From a virus (lineage: Duplodnaviria > Heunggongvirae > Uroviricota > Caudoviricetes): a stretch of DNA of 33,676 nt. Of the stretch, positions 26,697-33,676 are shown piece by piece (the first letter of the stretch is position 1; the number at the start of each line of letters is the position of its first letter). The notes below the pieces were generated by a model that ran no database searches, had not been told where the DNA came from, and was given only the letters and a program-made list of their open reading frames with translations. Location of the stretch: positions 1 through 33,676 of IMG/VR virus record IMGVR_UViG_2690315994_000029; one strand, 5' to 3'. The position numbers were made by a program, and so were the translations under genes.

Positions 26697-27562
26697 ATGC
26701 CGTTACCATTTCACTTCGATTTTAAACATCCTGATTACCAGATGGTTTTTGAATGGCGGATGGAACGCTTACAGCGCATTCGCCAGAACCCTGAAATATT
26801 GCCTGCACTAAAACAGTTTTACCGAACCAATCCGGCTCAGTTCATCATCGACTGGGGCATGACAACGGACCCGCGTAATATTGATTATGGCCTGCCGGTG
26901 ACCATTCCGTTTTTACTCTTCCCTAAGCAGGAGGAGTGGATCCACTGGATTATGGAACGCTGGAGCAATCGGGAGAATGGTATTACCGAAAAATCCCGTG
27001 AAATGGGGCTCAGTTGGACCGCGATCGGACTGGCCTGCTCGCTTTGTCTCTTCAACAAAGAAATGGTTATCGGTTTCGGCTCCCGTAAAGAGGAATACGT
27101 CGACAGCACTGGTGACCCGAAAGCATTGTTCTGGAAGGCACGCAAGTTCGTGGAAACGCTACCTGTAGAGTTTCGCGGTTCGTGGAGTGAGAAGAAGCAC
27201 GCGCCATATATGCGTGTTGAGTTTCCTGAAACTGGTGCCGTTATCAAAGGCGAGGCTGGCGATAATATTGGTCGTGGTGACCGTACCACGCTTTATCTGG
27301 TTGATGAGGCTGCATTCCTTCAGCGTCCTCTGCTGATTGATGCGGCGTTGTCACAAACGACGCGTTGCCGTATTGACCTGAGTTCAGTTAACGGCATGGC
27401 GAACCCGTTCGCTCAGAAGCGTCATGGCGGGAAGATACCGGTATTCACATTCCACTGGCGGGATGATCCTCGCAAGGATGAAGAGTGGTATCGCAGGGAA
27501 TGCGAGAAAATCGATAATCCGGTGGTGGTGGCACAGGAACTAGATCTGAACTACAGCGCATC
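26697..27562 (+). CDS. terminase large subunit, 3'-truncated at contig join
   Basis: Same N-terminal sequence as 19868 with a few substitutions; cut by 'n' at 27563. Confidence 0.7.
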
Positions 27563-27563
27563 N

Positions 27564-29018
27564 CTAATAAATTCATTATCATTCCCCGAGGTAACTAAAT
27601 GGCGCTCACCGACAAACAAGAGATGTTCTGTCGCGAGTACCTCATCGATTTAAACGCCACGCAAGCGGCTATTCGGGCGGGGTACAGCGCTAAGACAGCT
27701 AACCGTACCGCATCCGAAAACCTGTCAAAACCTGACATCAAGTTAAGAATCGCCGAACTGAAAGCGCAACGCAATGATCTTGTTGGTATTAATGCAGAAT
27801 ATGTACTTAATCGCCTTATTGAAATCGACCAGATGGATGTGCTTGACATTCTCCTGCAAAACGGTGAGCTAAAACCCATTAAAGACTGGCCTAAGGTATG
27901 GCGCACAACGCTATCAGGAATGGATGTCGTGGAGATGGTATCCGCAGATAGCGCCGCACTTCTGAAGAAAATCAAATGGCCTGATAAGGTTAAAAACCTT
28001 GAGTTGCTTGGGCGCCATGTTTCTGTTCAGGCGTTTAAAGACAACGTCAAAAATGAAGTGACTGGTGCTGACGGAGGACCAGTCAGAACAGAAATTACCA
28101 ACTTAACGCCGGAGCAGGCTGCAGAAGCGTATAAAAAAATGATGGGCTAAGTATGCCGTTACCATTTCACTTCGATTTTAAACATCCTGATTACCAGATG
28201 GTTTTTGAATGGCGGATGGAACGCTTACAGCGCATTCGCCAGAACCCTGAAATATTGCCTGCACTAAAACAGTTTTACCGAACCAATCCGGCTCAGTTCA
28301 TCATCGACTGGGGCATGACAACGGACCCGCGTAATATTGATTATGGCCTGCCGGTGACCATTCCGTTTTTACTCTTCCCTAAGCAGGAGGAGTGGATCCA
28401 CTGGATTATGGAACGCTGGAGCAATCGGGAGAATGGTATTACCGAAAAATCCCGTGAAATGGGGCTCAGTTGGACCGCGATCGGACTGGCCTGCTCGCTT
28501 TGTCTCTTCAACAAAGAAATGGTTATCGGTTTCGGCTCCCGTAAAGAGGAATACGTCGACAGCACCGGTGACCCGAAAGCATTGTTCTGGAAGGCGCGCA
28601 AGTTCGTGGAAACACTACCTGTAGAGTTTCGCGGTTCGTGGAGCGAGAAGAAGCACGCGCCATATATGCGTGTTGAGTTTCCTGAAACTGGTGCCGTTAT
28701 CAAAGGCGAGGCTGGCGATAATATTGGTCGTGGTGACCGTACCACGCTTTATCTGGTTGATGAGGCTGCATTCCTTCAGCGTCCTCTGCTGATTGATGCG
28801 GCGTTGTCACAAACGACGCGTTGCCGTATCGACCTGAGTTCAGTTAACGGCATGGCTAACCCGTTCGCTCAGAAGCGTCATGGCGGGAAGATACCGGTAT
28901 TCACATTCCACTGGCGGGATGATCCTCGCAAGGATGAAGAGTGGTATCGCAGGGAATGCGAGAAAATCGATAATCCGGTGGTGGTGGCACAGGAACTTGA
29001 TCTGAACTACAGCGCATC
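27564..29018. repeat. redundant copy of 26108-27562 (overlapping contig joined by 'n')
   Basis: Sequence after 'n' 27563 restarts at CTAATAAATTCATTATCATTCC and repeats the small and large terminase 5' parts. Confidence 0.85.
27599..28150 (+). CDS. terminase small subunit (redundant copy)
   Basis: Identical protein to 26143-26694. Confidence 0.7.
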   Translation: MALTDKQEMFCREYLIDLNATQAAIRAGYSAKTANRTASENLSKPDIKLRIAELKAQRNDLVGINAEYVLNRLIEIDQMDVLDILLQNGELKPIKDWPKVWRTTLSGMDVVEMVSADSAALLKKIKWPDKVKNLELLGRHVSVQAFKDNVKNEVTGADGGPVRTEITNLTPEQAAEAYKKMMG

Positions 29019-29237
29019 AGCGGAAGGCGTTCTGATTCCATCCGAATGGGTACAGGCTGCCGTTGATGCGCATATCAAACTGGGTATCCAGCCAACAGGC
29101 AAACGACTTGGCGCGATGGATGTCGCCGACGAAGGCAGGGACAAAAATGCCTTTTCCACCCGTCATGGCTTCCTCCTGGAAAATGTGCGGGAATGGTCCG
29201 GTGTGGGCAGCGACATTTATCAGTCCGTCGAGAAGGT
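28153..29237 (+). CDS. terminase large subunit, partial (to 'n' at 29238)
   Basis: 361 codons through Walker motifs and into the nuclease-like domain ([16 protein letters not shown]); the 738-aa track ORF is an artefact fusion across the 'n'. Confidence 0.7.
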
Positions 29238-29238
29238 N

Positions 29239-29830
29239 GAGAAGAAGCACGCGCCATATATGCGTGTTGAGTTTCCTGAAACTGGTGCCGTTATCAAAGG
29301 CGAGGCTGGCGATAATATTGGTCGTGGTGACCGTACCACGCTTTATCTGGTTGATGAGGCTGCATTCCTTCAGCGTCCTCTGCTGATTGATGCGGCGTTG
29401 TCACAAACGACGCGTTGCCGTATTGACCTGAGTTCAGTTAACGGCATGGCGAACCCGTTCGCTCAGAAGCGTCATGGCGGGAAGATACCGGTATTCACAT
29501 TCCACTGGCGGGATGATCCTCGCAAGGATGAAGAGTGGTATCGCAGGGAATGCGAGAAAATCGATAATCCGGTGGTGGTGGCACAGGAACTTGATCTGAA
29601 CTACAGCGCATCAGCGGAAGGCGTTCTGATTCCATCCGAATGGGTACAGGCTGCCGTTGATGCGCATATCAAACTGGGTATCCAGCCAACAGGCAAACGA
29701 CTTGGCGCGATGGATGTCGCCGACGAGGGCAGGGACAAAAATGCCTTTTCCACCCGTCATGGCTTCCTCCTGGAGAATGTGCGGGAATGGTCCGGTGTGG
29801 GCAGCGACATTTATCAGTCCGTCGAGAAGG
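29239..29830. repeat. redundant copy of about 28646-29237
   Basis: Sequence after 'n' 29238 restarts inside the large terminase at GAGAAGAAGCACGCGCC. Confidence 0.8.
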
Positions 29831-30369
29831 TCTTCGGCTTTTGCGAACAGGACGATCTTGAAGAGTTTCGCTTTGACGAGGACGGGCTGGGCGCTGGCGT
29901 TCGCGGCGATGCGCGCGCTATCAACGAACTGCGTAACGTTGCGCGCCGACCGTCAATACTCGCCACACCGTTTCGAGGTAGTGGCGCGGTATTTGATCCG
30001 GATGATGAAGCTGTTCGCGGGGACAACGGGCAAGCCGCACGTCTGAACAAGGACTTCTTCGCTAACGCCAAAGCCCAGAGCTGGTGGCGGTTACGTAAAC
30101 TTTTTCAGAATACCTGGCGCGCCGTGGTTGAAGGTATGGCTTACAACCCGGACGAAATCATCTCAATCAGCAGTAGCATGGCACTCAAAGATAAACTCAT
30201 CATCGAGCTTTCGCAGCCGACCTATTCCATTAATGGTGTGGGAAAAATCGTTATTGATAAACAGCCTGATGGAACCCGATCGCCAAACCTTGCCGACTCG
30301 GTGATGATCAACTATGCCCCAATGAATTCAGCCCTGAACATCTGGGAGCTGCTAGGGAGACAGGCCTGA
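29239..30369 (+). CDS. terminase large subunit, 3' fragment
   Basis: In-frame continuation ending ...[10 protein letters not shown]; stop TGA 30367-30369 overlaps the next ATG. Confidence 0.65.
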   Translation, partial: EKKHAPYMRVEFPETGAVIKGEAGDNIGRGDRTTLYLVDEAAFLQRPLLIDAALSQTTRCRIDLSSVNGMANPFAQKRHGGKIPVFTFHWRDDPRKDEEWYRRECEKIDNPVVVAQELDLNYSASAEGVLIPSEWVQAAVDAHIKLGIQPTGKRLGAMDVADEGRDKNAFSTRHGFLLENVREWSGVGSDIYQSVEKVFGFCEQDDLEEFRFDEDGLGAGVRGDARAINELRNVARRPSILATPFRGSGAVFDPDDEAVRGDNGQAARLNKDFFANAKAQSWWRLRKLFQNTWRAVVEGMAYNPDEIISISSSMALKDKLIIELSQPTYSINGVGKIVIDKQPDGTRSPNLADSVMINYAPMNSALNIWELLGRQA

Positions 30370-30420
30370 TGGCACGAAACAAACAAGCCCTGCGGCGAAC
30401 TGCGCAGGCNNNNNNNNNNN

Positions 30421-31395
30421 CAGTTAACGGCATGGCGAACCCGTTCGCTCAGAAGCGTCATGGCGGGAAGATACCGGTATTCACATTCCACTGGCGGGAT
30501 GATCCTCGCAAGGATGAAGAGTGGTATCGCAGGGAATGCGAGAAAATCGATAATCCGGTGGTGGTGGCACAGGAACTAGATCTGAACTACAGCGCATCAG
30601 CGGAAGGCGTCCTGATTCCATCCGAATGGGTACAGGCTGCCGTTGATGCGCATATCAAACTGGGTATCCAGCCAACAGGCAAACGACTTGGCGCGATGGA
30701 TGTCGCCGACGAAGGCAGGGACAAAAATGCCTTTTCCACCCGTCATGGCTTCCTCCTGGAAAATGTGCGGGAATGGTCCGGTGTGGGCAGCGACATTTAT
30801 CAGTCCGTCGAGAAGGTTTTCGGCTTTTGCGAACAGGACAACCTCGAAGAGTTTCGCTTTGACGAGGACGGGCTGGGCGCTGGCGTTCGCGGCGATGCAC
30901 GCGCTATCAACGAACTGCGTAACGCTGCGCGTCGACCGTCAATACTTGCCACACCGTTTCGAGGTAGTGGCGCGGTATTTGATCCGGATGATGAAGCTGT
31001 TCGCGGGGACAACGGGCAAGCAGCACGTCTGAACAAGGACTTCTTCGCTAACGCCAAAGCCCAGAGCTGGTGGCGGTTACGTAAACTTTTTCAGAATACC
31101 TGGCGCGCCGTGGTTGAAGGTATGGCTTACAACCCGGACGAAATCATCTCAATCAGCAGTAGCATGGCACTCAAAGATAAACTCATCATCGAGCTTTCGC
31201 AGCCGACCTATTCCATTAATGGTGTGGGAAAAATCGTTATTGATAAACAGCCTGATGGAACCCGATCGCCAAACCTTGCCGACTCGGTGATGATCAACTA
31301 TGCCCCAATGAATTCAGCCCTGAACATCTGGGAGCTGCTAGGGAGACAGGCCTGATGGCACGAAACAAACAAGCCCTGCGGCGAACTGCGCAGGC
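30421..31395. repeat. redundant copy of about 29435-30409 (variant allele)
   Basis: After n-run 30410-30420 the sequence restarts at CAGTTAACGGCATGGCG; differs at a few positions (e.g. EQDNLEEF vs [14 protein letters not shown] vs RNVARR). Confidence 0.8.
30423..31355 (+). CDS. terminase large subunit, 3' fragment (variant allele)
   Basis: Frame from VNGMANPF to GRQA stop. Confidence 0.6.
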   Translation, partial: VNGMANPFAQKRHGGKIPVFTFHWRDDPRKDEEWYRRECEKIDNPVVVAQELDLNYSASAEGVLIPSEWVQAAVDAHIKLGIQPTGKRLGAMDVADEGRDKNAFSTRHGFLLENVREWSGVGSDIYQSVEKVFGFCEQDNLEEFRFDEDGLGAGVRGDARAINELRNAARRPSILATPFRGSGAVFDPDDEAVRGDNGQAARLNKDFFANAKAQSWWRLRKLFQNTWRAVVEGMAYNPDEIISISSSMALKDKLIIELSQPTYSINGVGKIVIDKQPDGTRSPNLADSVMINYAPMNSALNIWELLGRQA

Positions 31396-31888
31396 TACAG
31401 CTGATGGTTATGAGAATTTTATTGCCCGCGTAGGGATGCAGACACCTAACCAGCACTCAGCATCCACCTACCGGGCTAATTTCACCAGTCGTAACCGCAT
31501 GCTGGTGGAATGGTCCTATCGTTCATCCTGGATCATCGGCGAAGCAGTCGATGCTATCCCGGATGATATGACCCGCAAAGGCATTCGCATCACTTCGGAA
31601 ATTGATGCAAAAGATCGTGGCATTCTCGAATCACAACTGGATGAGTTGCAAATCTGGGATGCGCTGAATGACGTGCTGAAATGGTCGCGCCTCTACGGCG
31701 GCGCGGTGGGTTTCATCATGATTGAGGGGCAGGCACCAATGACCCCGCTGCGACCCGAAACCATCGGTAAGGGCAAGTTTAAGGGGATTCTCCCGCTCGA
31801 CCGCTGGATGATCGACCCGGTACTGACCCGCCGCATTAAAGATATGGGGCCGGACCTGGGTAAACCTGAGTTTTACGATGTGGTGACC
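31355..31888 (+). CDS. putative portal protein, 5' fragment
   Basis: ATG 31355 overlaps terminase stop (ATGA-type); 178 codons then n-run; portal assignment by position only. Confidence 0.5.
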
Positions 31889-31899
31889 NNNNNNNNNNN

Positions 31900-33367
31900 C
31901 AGTTAACGGCATGGCGAACCCGTTCGCTCAGAAGCGTCATGGCGGGAAGATACCGGTATTCACATTCCACTGGCGGGATGATCCTCGCAAGGATGAAGAG
32001 TGGTATCGCAGGGAATGCGAGAAAATCGATAATCCGGTGGTGGTGGCACAGGAACTAGATCTGAACTACAGCGCATCAGCGGAAGGCGTCCTGATTCCAT
32101 CCGAATGGGTACAGGCTGCCGTTGATGCGCATATCAAACTGGGTATCCAGCCAACAGGCAAACGACTTGGCGCGATGGATGTCGCCGACGAGGGCAGGGA
32201 CAAAAATGCCTTTTCCACCCGTCATGGCTTCCTCCTGGAGAATGTGCGGGAATGGTCCGGTGTGGGCAGCGACATTTATCAGTCCGTCGAGAAGGTCTTC
32301 GGCTTTTGCGAACAGGACGATCTTGAAGAGTTTCGCTTTGACGAGGACGGGCTGGGCGCTGGCGTTCGCGGCGATGCGCGCGCTATCAACGAACTGCGTA
32401 ACGTTGCGCGCCGACCGTCAATACTCGCCACACCGTTTCGAGGTAGTGGCGCGGTATTTGATCCGGATGATGAAGCTGTTCGCGGGGACAACGGGCAAGC
32501 CGCACGTCTGAACAAGGACTTCTTCGCTAACGCCAAAGCCCAGAGCTGGTGGCGGTTACGTAAACTTTTTCAGAATACCTGGCGCGCCGTGGTTGAAGGT
32601 ATGGCTTACAACCCGGACGAAATCATCTCAATCAGCAGTAGCATGGCACTCAAAGATAAACTCATCATCGAGCTTTCGCAGCCGACCTATTCCATTAATG
32701 GTGTGGGAAAAATCGTTATTGATAAACAGCCTGATGGAACCCGATCGCCAAACCTTGCCGACTCGGTGATGATCAACTATGCCCCAATGAATTCAGCCCT
32801 GAACATCTGGGAGCTGCTAGGGAGACAGGCCTGATGGCACGAAACAAACAAGCCCTGCGGCGAACTGCGCAGGCTACAGCTGATGGTTATGAGAATTTTA
32901 TTGCCCGCGTAGGGATGCAGACACCTAACCAGCACTCAGCATCCACCTACCGGGCTAATTTCACCAGTCGTAACCGCATGCTGGTGGAATGGTCCTATCG
33001 TTCATCCTGGATCATCGGCGAAGCAGTCGATGCTATCCCGGATGATATGACCCGCAAAGGCATTCGCATCACTTCGGAAATTGATGCAAAAGATCGTGGC
33101 ATTCTCGAATCACAACTGGATGAGTTGCAAATCTGGGATGCGCTGAATGACGTGCTGAAATGGTCGCGCCTCTACGGCGGCGCGGTGGGTTTCATCATGA
33201 TTGAGGGGCAGGCACCAATGACCCCGCTGCGACCCGAAACCATCGGTAAGGGCAAGTTTAAGGGGATTCTCCCGCTCGACCGCTGGATGATCGACCCGGT
33301 ACTGACCCGCCGCATTAAAGATATGGGGCCGGACCTGGGTAAACCTGAGTTTTACGATGTGGTGACC
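31900..33367. repeat. redundant copy of 30421-31888
   Basis: After n-run 31889-31899 the sequence restarts at the same CAGTTAACGGCATGGCG breakpoint. Confidence 0.8.
31902..32834 (+). CDS. terminase large subunit, 3' fragment (redundant)
   Basis: Identical protein to the 29239-30369 fragment over the shared part. Confidence 0.6.
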   Translation, partial: VNGMANPFAQKRHGGKIPVFTFHWRDDPRKDEEWYRRECEKIDNPVVVAQELDLNYSASAEGVLIPSEWVQAAVDAHIKLGIQPTGKRLGAMDVADEGRDKNAFSTRHGFLLENVREWSGVGSDIYQSVEKVFGFCEQDDLEEFRFDEDGLGAGVRGDARAINELRNVARRPSILATPFRGSGAVFDPDDEAVRGDNGQAARLNKDFFANAKAQSWWRLRKLFQNTWRAVVEGMAYNPDEIISISSSMALKDKLIIELSQPTYSINGVGKIVIDKQPDGTRSPNLADSVMINYAPMNSALNIWELLGRQA

Positions 33368-33676
33368 ACAGCAACGGGAATTCCTGCCTGGCGCATTCAT
33401 CACAGTCGCCTGATTCGCTTTGATGGCGTCACGCTGCCATTTCAGCAGAAGATGACCGAGAACGAATGGGGAATGTCGGTTGTAGAGCGTATCTGGGATC
33501 GTCTTACCGCGTTCGACAGCGCTACTGTCGGCGCGGCGCAGCTGGTCTACAAAGCGCATTTGCGTACCTACAGCGTGGAGAAACTACGCGAGCTTATCGC
33601 ACTTGGTGGTCCTGCGTATGAAGCGTTGCTGAAGAATATTGACCTGATTCGACAGTTCCAGAGCAATGAAGGCATG
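32834..33676 (+). CDS. putative portal protein, 5' part (runs off window end)
   Basis: ATG 32834; open frame to the last base; by position immediately after the large terminase. Confidence 0.5.
   Translation, partial: MARNKQALRRTAQATADGYENFIARVGMQTPNQHSASTYRANFTSRNRMLVEWSYRSSWIIGEAVDAIPDDMTRKGIRITSEIDAKDRGILESQLDELQIWDALNDVLKWSRLYGGAVGFIMIEGQAPMTPLRPETIGKGKFKGILPLDRWMIDPVLTRRIKDMGPDLGKPEFYDVVTTATGIPAWRIHHSRLIRFDGVTLPFQQKMTENEWGMSVVERIWDRLTAFDSATVGAAQLVYKAHLRTYSVEKLRELIALGGPAYEALLKNIDLIRQFQSNEGM

Noticed and set aside
28153-30369. 738-aa 'terminase' ORF in the track
   Set aside because: It spans the 'n' at 29238 and contains an internal duplication of about 200 aa; it is a fusion of two overlapping contig ends, not a real protein.
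26108-33676. Possible CRISPR array or biological tandem repeat suggested by repeated blocks
   Set aside because: Repeat units are kb-scale coding sequence separated by n characters, not short repeat-spacer units; the pattern fits concatenated overlapping contigs.

Overview
This window is an Enterobacteriaceae (E. coli-like) chromosomal segment carrying a lambdoid prophage integrated beside the host ferredoxin gene yfhL, followed by several scaffolded fragments of a second, related late region. All calls are from reading the sequence and ORF track; no database search was run. Prophage A (1-20544) is one contiguous piece: integrase (plus strand); a minus-strand early-left operon (excisionase, SF2 helicase, C5 DNA methyltransferase, VRR-NUC, DUF4406-like, ANR-like, family-A DNA polymerase, DUF2815, DUF2800 nuclease, two unknowns); an immunity region (cI-like repressor, cro-like); a plus-strand right operon (primase/helicase, iteron origin, Q-like antiterminator, holin, lambda R-like endolysin, Rz/Rz1, small and large terminase). 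The large terminase is cut at an 'n' (20545), which I read as a contig join. After it come a 5'-truncated IS3-family element (IS629-like), a second late region (prophage B: YbcO-like, different Q-like, ORF6N-domain cargo gene, holin, R, Rz/Rz1, a low-GC moron, terminase), and then redundant overlapping terminase/portal fragments joined by n-runs, which I treat as assembly artefacts. The best candidates for an undescribed accessory or defence function are four opposite-strand or low-GC single-gene insertions: a 309-aa gene tail-to-tail with the methyltransferase (3572-4501), an AT-rich membrane-protein island inside the replication operon (8400-9029), a coiled-coil/zinc-ribbon gene convergent with cI (12223-12747), and a 153-aa moron between lysis and terminase genes in prophage B (25665-26120). 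None has a function I can assign from sequence.
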